This document shows positions 9,048-17,081 of a DNA stretch of 64,000 nucleotides, in pieces. Where the stretch lies: the NCBI GenBank assembly GCA_037386965.1, contig JARRLN010000004.1, positions 197 to 64,196 of the forward strand, read 5' to 3'. The stretch comes from Nitrospirota bacterium (GTDB lineage Bacteria > Nitrospirota > Thermodesulfovibrionia > Thermodesulfovibrionales > JdFR-86). Numbering within the stretch: the stretch's first letter is position 1; the number at the start of each line of letters is the position of its first letter. The notes below the pieces were generated by a model. That model was not told where the DNA came from. It saw only the letters and a list, made by a program, of their open reading frames with translations, and did no database searches. A program made the translations under genes and the position numbers.

Positions 9048-9562
9048 AAAGACCCCGTCGCCGGCTCCTTGGCCGGCTTTGTTCCCTCCCCCGGCTCGCC
9101 CTGCTTCTTTTCGTCCGGCTGCTTCGCCGGTTTTGCCTGCTCACCTGCGGAGGGCGTTTCCCCGGCGGGCCTCTCTTTCAGGGCGGGTTGCTCCAGGGCC
9201 TGCGGCGTCTCCTTTTCCGCCTTCTCGCCCTTTCTTACCCTCACGATGGACGGGTCTTGCACGAAGGGCTTGTAGCCGGGCAACGACAGGGTGACGCGGT
9301 CGCCCTCATTCACCAGAAGGTTTATCTCCGGGACCTTCTTCGTGAAGGTCACCAGGACGGCCCCCTGCTCGGTGAGGACCGTGACGAGGAGCTTGTCATG
9401 CTCCTTTTCCTTGGCCGTCACCCTGCCCTCGATGTCCTGGCCCTTGCTCTTGATGATGCTCGGCATATAGGGCTCGAGGTACCGGGGCGCAAGCAGAACG
9501 CCGGCGACACCGATGGCGATTCCGACGAGCAATGTTATGAATGCGAGGGTCGAACGTTTCAC
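9044..9562 (-). CDS. Membrane-anchored hypothetical protein with Lys/Glu/Pro-rich tail (172 aa)
   Basis: GTG start with SD GAAGGAGGA. One N-terminal TM helix (LAFITLLVGIAIGVAGVLL). High GC3. No family recognised. A TATAAT at 9599..9594 (minus strand) is a likely -10. Confidence 0.7.
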   Translation of the reverse strand: MKRSTLAFITLLVGIAIGVAGVLLAPRYLEPYMPSIIKSKGQDIEGRVTAKEKEHDKLLVTVLTEQGAVLVTFTKKVPEINLLVNEGDRVTLSLPGYKPFVQDPSIVRVRKGEKAEKETPQALEQPALKERPAGETPSAGEQAKPAKQPDEKKQGEPGEGTKPAKEPATGSF

Positions 9563-9637
9563 TCCGTCCTCCTTCGGTTTGAAATCGAGGTTTATTATAC
9601 GTGAGAGAACGGATTTTCACACGGGGCGCCTCGAAAA

Positions 9638-9669
9638 ATGAAAGGGACGGCCATGGCCGTCCCTTTCAT
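9638..9669 (-). terminator. Perfect 32-nt palindrome; intrinsic-terminator-like on the minus strand
   Basis: ATGAAAGGGACGGCCATGGCCGTCCCTTTCAT forms a 14-bp stem with a CATG loop. On the minus strand it is followed by TTTTCG; there is no U-run on the plus strand. Confidence 0.5.
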
Positions 9670-9791
9670 CGTCGGGGAGAGGCGACGCCTATTTCCGGAG
9701 CGTGGGGTATCCCTCCACGTGGACCCAGTCGGTCTCCTTGGCCGGGACGTGGCAGCCGATGCGGTCCTGCAAGCTTCACGAGGGAGTATTT

Positions 9792-9824
9792 TTGACAGGG
9801 ACGAGAAAAGTATGCAAAAATAAT
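9792..9824 (+). promoter_or_regulatory. lysA promoter candidate giving a leaderless or near-leaderless mRNA
   Basis: TTGACA at 9792-9797, 18-nt spacer, AAAAAT at 9816-9821 (or AATAAT at 9819-9824). ATG at 9832. No Shine-Dalgarno. Confidence 0.4.
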
Positions 9825-9831
9825 CATCTTC

Positions 9832-11088
9832 ATGCACCTTTTCCGCTATAGGAAGGGCGAGCTCCATGCCGAGGACGTCCCACTCCGCGACCTGGCGGAG
9901 CGATACGGGACCCCCCTTTACGTCTACAGCCGGGGCACCCTGCTCCGGCATCTCGCCGCGTACGAGGAGGCCTTCAAGGGAGTTGAGCACATCACGTGCT
10001 TCGCCGTGAAGGCCAACTCCAGCCTGGCCGTCCTGAATGTTCTGGGCAGGCACGGCGCGGGGGCCGACGTGGTCTCCGGCGGAGAGCTCTTCCGGGCCCT
10101 CAGGGCGGGCATCGACCCCCGAAAGGTCGTCTACGCGGGCGTGGGGAAGACGGAGGCCGAGATACGGGCCGCCTTGAAGGCCGGCATCCTCATGTTCAAC
10201 ATCGAGTCGGAGGAGGAGCTCGGTGAGATAAACCGGGTCGCCGCCCTCATGCGCAAGAAAGCGCCCATCGCCCTCCGGGTCAACCCCGATATCGACCCCG
10301 GCACGCACCCCTACATCTCCACGGGCTTGAGGACGCACAAGTTCGGCATCCCCATGGAGGACGCGCTGGAGTTCTACAGGCTGGCCTCGGGGCTTAAGCA
10401 CGTCAGGGTGATGGGTGTGCACAAGCACATCGGCTCCCAGATTACGCAGCTCTCTCCCTTTGTGGACGCCTTGAAGAGGGTCCTTCTGCTTGTGGACCGC
10501 CTGAGGGAGGCCGGGCTTTCCCTTACCCACATAGACATCGGCGGGGGGCTGGGCATCCCCTACATGGGAGAGAAGACCCCGGCGCCCCGGGAGCTGGCCG
10601 CAAGAATCCTGCCCCTTCTCAGGGGACGGGACATCACCCTCGTGGCCGAGCCCGGCCGCTCCATCGCCGGCAACGCCGGGGTGCTGCTGACGCGCACCCT
10701 GTACGTGAAAGAGGGGGCCGAGAAGACCTTTTTCGTCGTCGACGGCGGGATGAACGACCTCATGCGGCCGACCCTCTACGGTGCCTACCACGAAATTCTC
10801 CCCGTCAGGAAGACACGGGCCAGGCGGGCCCTGGCCGACGTGGTGGGGCCCATCTGCGAGACGGGGGACTTTCTGGCCCGTGACCGGGAGTTGCCCCGCG
10901 TAAGCCGGGGGGACCTTCTGGCCGTGATGAGCGCGGGCGCCTACGGATTTACCATGAGCAGCAACTACAACTCCCGTCCCCGGGCGGCCGAAGTGATGGT
11001 CAGGGGAAACCGGCACTTCCTCATCCGCGCGAGAGAAACCTACGACGACATCATCCGGGGGGAGCGCATCCCCGCCGGCCTTGGATAA
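9832..11088 (+). CDS. lysA: Diaminopimelate decarboxylase
   Basis: YGTPLYVYS, FAVKANS (PLP Lys), DIGGGLGIPY, EPGRSIAGNAG, GPICETGD and SNYNSRPR motifs. Confidence 0.95.
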   Translation: MHLFRYRKGELHAEDVPLRDLAERYGTPLYVYSRGTLLRHLAAYEEAFKGVEHITCFAVKANSSLAVLNVLGRHGAGADVVSGGELFRALRAGIDPRKVVYAGVGKTEAEIRAALKAGILMFNIESEEELGEINRVAALMRKKAPIALRVNPDIDPGTHPYISTGLRTHKFGIPMEDALEFYRLASGLKHVRVMGVHKHIGSQITQLSPFVDALKRVLLLVDRLREAGLSLTHIDIGGGLGIPYMGEKTPAPRELAARILPLLRGRDITLVAEPGRSIAGNAGVLLTRTLYVKEGAEKTFFVVDGGMNDLMRPTLYGAYHEILPVRKTRARRALADVVGPICETGDFLARDRELPRVSRGDLLAVMSAGAYGFTMSSNYNSRPRAAEVMVRGNRHFLIRARETYDDIIRGERIPAGLG

Positions 11089-11094
11089 AGAGCA

Positions 11095-11925
11095 ATGACG
11101 TTCGTCAAGATGCAGGCCCTGGGCAACGACTTCGTCCTCCTGGACCGCCGGGGGCAGGAGACGGGGGGCCTGGGGGAGCTGGCCCGGAGGCTCTGCCGCC
11201 GGAGGTTCGGGGTGGGGGCGGACCAGATGCTCGTCCTGGTGGACCCGGGGCGGGGGGACTTCGGGATGCGCATCTTCAACGCCGACGGCTCGGAGGTGGA
11301 GATGTGCGGCAACGGCATCCGCTGCCTTGCCAGGTACATCTGGGACAGGGGCCTGAGCGCAAAAAGCGTCCTCGAGATAGAGACCCCGGCGGGCATCATC
11401 CGTCCGGAGCGGACGGGGGACCTGGTGCGGGTGGACATGGGCCAGCCCGTCCTTGAGGGCAGGGACATCCCCGTCGCCCACGACGGAAGGGTCGTCGATT
11501 ATCCCCTTTCGCTTGACGGGCGGAGCCTCCCGATAACCTGCGTTTCCATGGGAAACCCCCATGCGGTCGTTTTCGTTCAGGACGTGGCAGCCTATCCCGT
11601 AAACACCGTGGGTCCCCGGGTGGAGAACCACCCCTTCTTCCCCGGAAGGACGAACGTGGAGTTCGTGGAAGTGGTAAACTCTGAGGAGATACGGATGCGC
11701 GTCTGGGAGCGCGGGGCGGGGGAGACCATGGCCTGCGGCACGGGTGCGTCGGCCTCCGCAGTGGCCTCCGCCCTCAGGGGGCTGACCGGAAGGAAGGTGA
11801 CCGTGCATCTGGCCGGTGGCGACCTTCTCATAGAGTGGCATGCGGAGGGCAGGGTCTTCATGACCGGGCCCGCGGAGGAGGTTTTTCAGGGGGACATAAC
11901 GGATGAAGGAGGACGCGATGTTTGA
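11095..11925 (+). CDS. dapF: Diaminopimelate epimerase
   Basis: FVKMQALGNDFVLLD, NADGSEVEMCGNGIRC, GAGETMACGTGASA (both catalytic Cys). Confidence 0.95.
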   Translation: MTFVKMQALGNDFVLLDRRGQETGGLGELARRLCRRRFGVGADQMLVLVDPGRGDFGMRIFNADGSEVEMCGNGIRCLARYIWDRGLSAKSVLEIETPAGIIRPERTGDLVRVDMGQPVLEGRDIPVAHDGRVVDYPLSLDGRSLPITCVSMGNPHAVVFVQDVAAYPVNTVGPRVENHPFFPGRTNVEFVEVVNSEEIRMRVWERGAGETMACGTGASASAVASALRGLTGRKVTVHLAGGDLLIEWHAEGRVFMTGPAEEVFQGDITDEGGRDV

Positions 11926-12793
11926 GGGTTCCATGGTACCCATCGTGACGCCCTTCAAGGGCGGAAAGGTGGACGAGAAGGCGCTGGGCAACCTCATAGA
12001 GTGGCACCTGGCCGAGGGCTCCCACGCCATCGTGCCCTGCGGCACGACCGGGGAGTCGGCCACCCTGGACTTCGAGGAGCACGCCAGGGTCGTCAGCCTC
12101 ACCGTGCAGGTGGTCAAGGGCCGCGTCCCGGTCATTGCCGGCACGGGGGCGAACTCCACGGCCGAGGCCATAGACCTGACTCTCAAGGCCAAGAAGGACG
12201 GCGCCGACGGAGCCCTTCTTGTGGCCCCCTACTACAACAAGCCCACCCAGGAGGGCCTCTACAGGCACTACGACGCTCTCGCCCGGGCGGTCAAGGGGTT
12301 CCCCCTGGTGCTCTATAACGTGCCGGGAAGGACGGCCGTCAACCTCCTTCCGGCCACGGTGGCCCGGCTGGCCGAGATAAAAAACATCGTGGGAATCAAG
12401 GAAGCCTCGGCGGACATGAAGCAGGTCAGCCAGCTCATGCGCCTCTGCGGCGACCGGATAAGCGTCTTCTCTGGGGACGACTTCACGACCTTCCCCCTCT
12501 ACGCCCTCGGGGGCAAGGGGACCATCTCCGTGACGGCCAACGTCGCGCCCCGGGAATCGGCCCGCATGTGGGAGGCCTGGAAGGCCGCCGAGGCGGCCGC
12601 GGCGCGGGACATCCACTACCGGCTGGACCCTCTGAACTACGCCATGTTCCTGGAGACCAACCCCCAGCCGGTCAAGACGGCCCTGGCCATGATGGGAAAG
12701 ATAAAGGAAGAGTTCCGGCTGCCCCTCTGCCCCATGTCCGAGGAGAACAAGAAGAAGCTCAGGAAAGTTCTGAAGGACTACAAGCTCATCTGA
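11918..12793 (+). CDS. dapA: 4-hydroxy-tetrahydrodipicolinate synthase
   Basis: MFEGSMVPIVTPF, GTTGESATL, YNVPGRT, GIKEAS (Schiff-base Lys). ATG 11918 has GAAGGAGGA 5 nt upstream. The ORF track start at 11903 is less likely. Confidence 0.93.
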   Translation: MFEGSMVPIVTPFKGGKVDEKALGNLIEWHLAEGSHAIVPCGTTGESATLDFEEHARVVSLTVQVVKGRVPVIAGTGANSTAEAIDLTLKAKKDGADGALLVAPYYNKPTQEGLYRHYDALARAVKGFPLVLYNVPGRTAVNLLPATVARLAEIKNIVGIKEASADMKQVSQLMRLCGDRISVFSGDDFTTFPLYALGGKGTISVTANVAPRESARMWEAWKAAEAAAARDIHYRLDPLNYAMFLETNPQPVKTALAMMGKIKEEFRLPLCPMSEENKKKLRKVLKDYKLI

Positions 12794-13449
12794 GAGGACG
12801 GGTGCCTCGCGGCGGCGGTGAGGTCCCTGTAGGTCCTGACCAGAAGGACCGCGGCGCCGCCGCCGAAGATGCCCGACAGAATCACGCCCGCCAACTGGCC
12901 CACCACCGGGATGACGCTCAGTACCAGGTTCAAAAGCCCGAAGGCCAGGGCCGCCACGAACAGGAAGACGAACAGGACGAATGCCTCCCGCGCGCTTCCC
13001 CGCACCACCCGGTAGCTCCTGGAGAGGGCCGTAAGCGCGCCCGCCCCGTCCACCGCCACGGCGGTCATCGCAAACATCAGAAAATAGGCGGCGATGAGCC
13101 CCGGCACGAGAAAAAGCGCCAGGCCCAGCCCCACCACGACGGAGATGATGACCGAGGCCAGGGCGAAGGGCAGGAAAAACCTTCCCGCCGCCCGGCCCGC
13201 CGTACGCAGGGAGGTGGAGCCCGACACAAGGGCCTCATCGGCCATGACGAGGGTGACCCCGTGCGCGTACAGGCTGATGACCCCGCTCAGGAAGCTCACC
13301 AGGGCGATGCCGGAGGCGTCCTCGGGCGACCCGATGATGCCCAGAGCCAGGAAAGAGACCACGAAGATGGAAAAGATGGTGGGCAGCGTGATGGTGTAAT
13401 TCCTCTTGATGAGGGTCCAGGCTTCCTTGAGGAGAGGTTCCAGGTTCAC
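12778..13449 (-). CDS. Polytopic membrane protein of unknown function (223 aa)
   Basis: About 5-6 hydrophobic helices. Starts immediately after the ferredoxin stop. Its 3' end overlaps the convergent dapA by 16 bp. Confidence 0.7.
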   Translation of the reverse strand: MNLEPLLKEAWTLIKRNYTITLPTIFSIFVVSFLALGIIGSPEDASGIALVSFLSGVISLYAHGVTLVMADEALVSGSTSLRTAGRAAGRFFLPFALASVIISVVVGLGLALFLVPGLIAAYFLMFAMTAVAVDGAGALTALSRSYRVVRGSAREAFVLFVFLFVAALAFGLLNLVLSVIPVVGQLAGVILSGIFGGGAAVLLVRTYRDLTAAARHPSSQMSL

Positions 13450-13647
13450 TTATTCCTCCACGGTTATGGCCTCAACCGGGCAGTTCTCTGCGGCGGCCTC
13501 GCAACAGCCCGCATACTCGCAGGCGTCGGGGTCCAGGACGCGGGCCTTTCCGAGGTCCTCATCGAGGAAGAAGACGGCCGGGCAGATATCGGCGCAGTTG
13601 CCGCAGCCGATGCAGGTCTCCTCGTCGATGACAACGTTCACGACCAT
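13450..13647 (-). CDS. Small ferredoxin, single-cluster type (65 aa)
   Basis: CIGCGNCADICP plus a distal CP motif. 10-nt overlap with the upstream gene. Confidence 0.85.
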   Translation of the reverse strand: MVVNVVIDEETCIGCGNCADICPAVFFLDEDLGKARVLDPDACEYAGCCEAAAENCPVEAITVEE

Positions 13648-14582
13648 TCCTCCGCGAGGGCCGCGGCCAGCAGCGGAAAGAGTATCTCGTGATGTCCGGT
13701 GAGGGCGTAGGAGGCGCCGCCCCCCAGGGTGGGGCGCCTGAGGACGTTCTCCCTCCCCCGGTACTGCTGGATGAAGTCCATGTTCACGGTGGTGATGCTC
13801 TGCACGGTGTTTCCCAGGTTGCGGGCCACGGACAGGGCCTTCAGAAAGACCTCGGGCATCACCACGGCCGAGCCCATGTTGATATGCACGCCGCCCTCCA
13901 GGTCCGCCACCACCGCGGCCAGGAGGCGGAAGTCCCTGAGGCTGCCCTCCCCGGTGGCCGCGCCCGAGACGTGCGGGTGCATGTGGATGATGTCCGCCCC
14001 CATGGTGACGTGCACGGTGGCGGGGAGCCCCAGGCGCCGAGCCGCGCCGAAAACGCTCAGATGTTTGCCCGGAAGGTCGCTCCGGTTTATGAACTCCCCC
14101 ATGCTCTCGCCGATGCCCAGGCCCTTCTGCACGCCTTCCACGATGGCCTCGTTGACCATGCGGCCCGTCTCCTCGGCCATGCCGAAGGCCCCGGTCAGAA
14201 GGGCCTCGGCCACGTCCTCGGAGGTGGTGCCCGCGAAGGCGAGCTCGAAATCGTGGATGATGCAGGCCCCGTTTCCGGCCAGGGCGGTGACGATTCCCCT
14301 TTCCATGAGGTCTATGATGAGCGGGGAAAGGCCCACCTTGATGGGATGCGCCCCCATGGCCAGGATAACGGGACGCCCCGCCTGCCTGGCCTCAAGGATG
14401 CTCCGGACCACCTTCCGGAGCGAGGCCGCCCCGAGGACCGGCGGGAGCTTGTCGAGAAACTCCCTGAAGGAGCCCCCTTTTTCGTGGGGCGTGGCCAGGT
14501 CTCCGAGGACCACCTTGCTCTTGCGCCTGGAAAGCGGATAGGTCTTGATGTCCTTGAGAGAGACCGGCTCGTAGCGCTTCAT
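13638..14582 (-). CDS. Deoxyhypusine synthase-like (DHS-like NAD-binding fold) protein (314 aa)
   Basis: Overall pattern, and the C-terminus GHHEILFPLLAAALAEE, resemble archaeal/bacterial DHS family proteins. Assignment is from memory and unverified. Confidence 0.6.
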   Translation of the reverse strand: MKRYEPVSLKDIKTYPLSRRKSKVVLGDLATPHEKGGSFREFLDKLPPVLGAASLRKVVRSILEARQAGRPVILAMGAHPIKVGLSPLIIDLMERGIVTALAGNGACIIHDFELAFAGTTSEDVAEALLTGAFGMAEETGRMVNEAIVEGVQKGLGIGESMGEFINRSDLPGKHLSVFGAARRLGLPATVHVTMGADIIHMHPHVSGAATGEGSLRDFRLLAAVVADLEGGVHINMGSAVVMPEVFLKALSVARNLGNTVQSITTVNMDFIQQYRGRENVLRRPTLGGGASYALTGHHEILFPLLAAALAEEWS

Positions 14583-14741
14583 AATCCTGAAATTGTATCA
14601 CAAAGCCCCCGGCCTCCACAGGCCGGCGCTCCGGAAAGGAATGTGACGGGCTTGCATCCATGGGTTGCCCCGTACTTCCGCTCAAGCATGTGCCCATTAC
14701 GGCCGTGACAAAATTGTATAATACGTGGGGAGGCTTTCGGC

Positions 14742-17081
14742 ATGTCGGGAAACCATAGGAGCGAGAAGTCCCATTTCCTCTCGTTCGGACGGGTTGGCGT
14801 CCTTCTCCTGGTGCTTGTCCTGGCGGGACTGTATCTGACCAGCCATGTAAGCTATCTGCTTTTTCACAGCCTGGCCGAGCTTTTCAGCGTCGTGGTGGCC
14901 GCCGGGGTCTTCATCGTCGCCTGGAACACCCGCCGCGTTCTTCAGAACAAATATCTTCTCTTTGTCGGAATCACCTACCTTGCCGTCGGCTCCCTGGACC
15001 TCGTTCATACGCTGGCCTACAAGGGGATGGGGGTCTTCCCCGGGGGCGGCTCCAACCTGGCTACCCAGCTATGGATTGCAAGCCGCTACACCGAAAGCCT
15101 CTCCCTTTTGGCTGCTCCCCTTTTCCTCGGACGCCGCCTGAGACCCGGCCGTATCCTGGGCGCATACGCCGTCCTCACCGCGGTCCTGCTCGCGGCGGTT
15201 TTCGGGGGTCTCTTTCCGGTTTGCTACGTAGAAGGCTCCGGGCTTACGCCTTTCAAGAAGACGAGCGAGTACCTTATATCGGCCGTTCTCCTCGGCGCCT
15301 TCGGCGCCCTGTACGGGCGGCGCAAGGAGTTCGAGCCCCGCGTGTTCCAACTCCTCTCGGCCTCCATATTCCTTACCGTGGGCGCGGAGCTCGCCTTCAC
15401 CTTCTACATAAACGTCTACGGGCTCTCCAACCTCATAGGGCACTACTTCAAGCTCCTGTCCTTCGTCCTGGTCTACGTGGCCCTCATCAAGACGGGCCTG
15501 GAAGAACCCTATGAGCTCCTTTACAGGGACCTGGCCCGGAGCGAGCAGGAGCGCCGCGAGGGAGAGGAACGCTTCAGGGCCATCGCGGACTACACGTACG
15601 ACTGGGAAAGCTGGCTCGCGCCGGACGGAAGGCTCCTCTGGGTGAACCCCGCAGTGCAGAGAATGACGGGCTACGGCACCGCCGAGTGCCTTTCCATGCA
15701 GGGCTACCCCCTGCCCATCGTCCAGAAAGAAGACAGGCTCCGGCTGGGCCGGGAGCTTCGGAGCGCGATTACCCTCAAGACATCGGCCAACAACGTCCAG
15801 TTCCGGGTCAGGCACAAGGACGGCACGCTCCGCTGGGTGTCGGCCTCCTGGCAGCCCATATACGATGCACAAGGCCGATACAGAGGAATCCGCTCCAGCG
15901 GGCGAGACATCAGCGAGGTTAAGGAGGCCGAAGAGGCCCTGGAGAAGAGCGAGGCCAAGTACCGGTCCCTTTTCGAGAACATGACCGACGGCTTCGCCTT
16001 CCACGAAATCGTCACCGACCAGGCCGGAAAGCCGGTGGACTACGTGTTCCTGGAGGTCAACGGAGCATTCGAGAAGCTCACGGGCCTGAGGAGGAGGGAC
16101 GTCGTGGGCAGGCGGGTCACCGAGGTCATGCCCGGCATCGAGAACGAGCCCGCCGACTGGATAGACAGCTACGGGACGGTGGCCCTCACAGGGCAGGAGG
16201 CCCGCTTCGAGCGGTATGCCGAGAAGCTGGGCAGGTGGTACGCGGTGACGGCTTACAGCCCGGCACCGGGGAAGTTCGCCACCCTCTTCGAAGACGTGAC
16301 GGCGCACAAGCTGGCGCAGGAGGCCTTGAGGGAATACGCCGAGGAGCTTCAGTCTTACTCCGAGAGACTCAAGCAGAGCAACCGGGAACTCGAGGACTTC
16401 GCCTACATCGCCTCCCACGACCTGCAGGAGCCCTTGAGGAAGGTGGTGGCCTTCGGCGGAAGGCTCCGGGAGAGGTATGAAGAAGCTTTGGACGAGAAGG
16501 GCCGGGACTATCTGGACAGAATGCTCCGGGCCAGCGAGAGGATGCAGCAGCTCATCAACGACCTCCTCCGTCTTTCGCGGGTTACCACAAAGGCCCGGCC
16601 CTTCGGGCCCGTGGACCTGCACGGGGTGGCGGTGGGCGTGCTCTCGGACCTGGAGGAGCACATCAGCCGGACGGGCGCGGAGGTGCAACTGGGGGACCTT
16701 CCCCGCGTGCAGGCCGACGCCGTGCAGATGAGGCAGCTTCTGCAGAACCTTCTCACCAACGCCCTGAAGTTCCATCGCCGGGGCGTCCGGCCCCGTGTTA
16801 AAATAGGCGCGACAATCGAGGACGGCCACGCCGTCGTCACGGTCGCGGACAACGGCATCGGCTTTGACGAGAAATACGCCGACCGCATATTCCGCCCCTT
16901 CCAGCGCCTGCACGGCAGGGGGCAGTACGAAGGCAGCGGTATGGGCCTTTCCATCTGCAAGAAAATCCTGGAAAGGCACGGCGGCCGGATAACCGCCCGG
17001 AGCAGACCGGGCGAGGGGGCCACCTTCTTCGTACACATGCCCATCGCGCGGGAAGAGGACAAGGAGCCGGCGCATGGATGA
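14742..17081 (+). CDS. Sensor histidine kinase: multi-TM (MASE3-like) domain, two PAS domains, HisKA, HATPase_c (779 aa)
   Basis: N-terminal region of about 250 aa with 7-8 hydrophobic helices. PAS segments follow. H-box FAYIASHDLQEPLR, then N/G boxes (NLLTNALKF, DNGIGF, GSGMGLSICK). TGTATAAT and GGGGAGG lie upstream. Confidence 0.9.
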   Translation: MSGNHRSEKSHFLSFGRVGVLLLVLVLAGLYLTSHVSYLLFHSLAELFSVVVAAGVFIVAWNTRRVLQNKYLLFVGITYLAVGSLDLVHTLAYKGMGVFPGGGSNLATQLWIASRYTESLSLLAAPLFLGRRLRPGRILGAYAVLTAVLLAAVFGGLFPVCYVEGSGLTPFKKTSEYLISAVLLGAFGALYGRRKEFEPRVFQLLSASIFLTVGAELAFTFYINVYGLSNLIGHYFKLLSFVLVYVALIKTGLEEPYELLYRDLARSEQERREGEERFRAIADYTYDWESWLAPDGRLLWVNPAVQRMTGYGTAECLSMQGYPLPIVQKEDRLRLGRELRSAITLKTSANNVQFRVRHKDGTLRWVSASWQPIYDAQGRYRGIRSSGRDISEVKEAEEALEKSEAKYRSLFENMTDGFAFHEIVTDQAGKPVDYVFLEVNGAFEKLTGLRRRDVVGRRVTEVMPGIENEPADWIDSYGTVALTGQEARFERYAEKLGRWYAVTAYSPAPGKFATLFEDVTAHKLAQEALREYAEELQSYSERLKQSNRELEDFAYIASHDLQEPLRKVVAFGGRLRERYEEALDEKGRDYLDRMLRASERMQQLINDLLRLSRVTTKARPFGPVDLHGVAVGVLSDLEEHISRTGAEVQLGDLPRVQADAVQMRQLLQNLLTNALKFHRRGVRPRVKIGATIEDGHAVVTVADNGIGFDEKYADRIFRPFQRLHGRGQYEGSGMGLSICKKILERHGGRITARSRPGEGATFFVHMPIAREEDKEPAHG

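Noticed and set aside
9669-9800. Possible lysine (L-box) riboswitch upstream of lysA, suggested by GAGAGGCG at about 9677.
   Set aside because: Other conserved L-box elements (the GCCGAAG-type core, the CUGUCA junction, a terminal expression-platform hairpin before lysA) are not found in order. The best lysA promoter sits only about 10 nt from the ATG. A cmscan with RF00168 would settle it.
9595-12192. Very long ORF-track entries opposite or out of frame with recognisable genes. Examples: 9595..12192(-), 638..2509(+), 4218..5546(-), 6445..7968(-), 15069..17180(-), 16837..18690(-), 25084..26739(-), 27493..28935(+), 28868..30586(+), 33158..35098(+), 49945..52470(+), 52860..54584(+), 57998..59152(+), 61745..63052(+).
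   Set aside because: Each overlaps a gene with clear family motifs on the other strand or in another frame. Their translations are Arg/Gly/Pro/His/Leu-rich low-information sequence typical of stop-codon-poor high-GC shadow frames.
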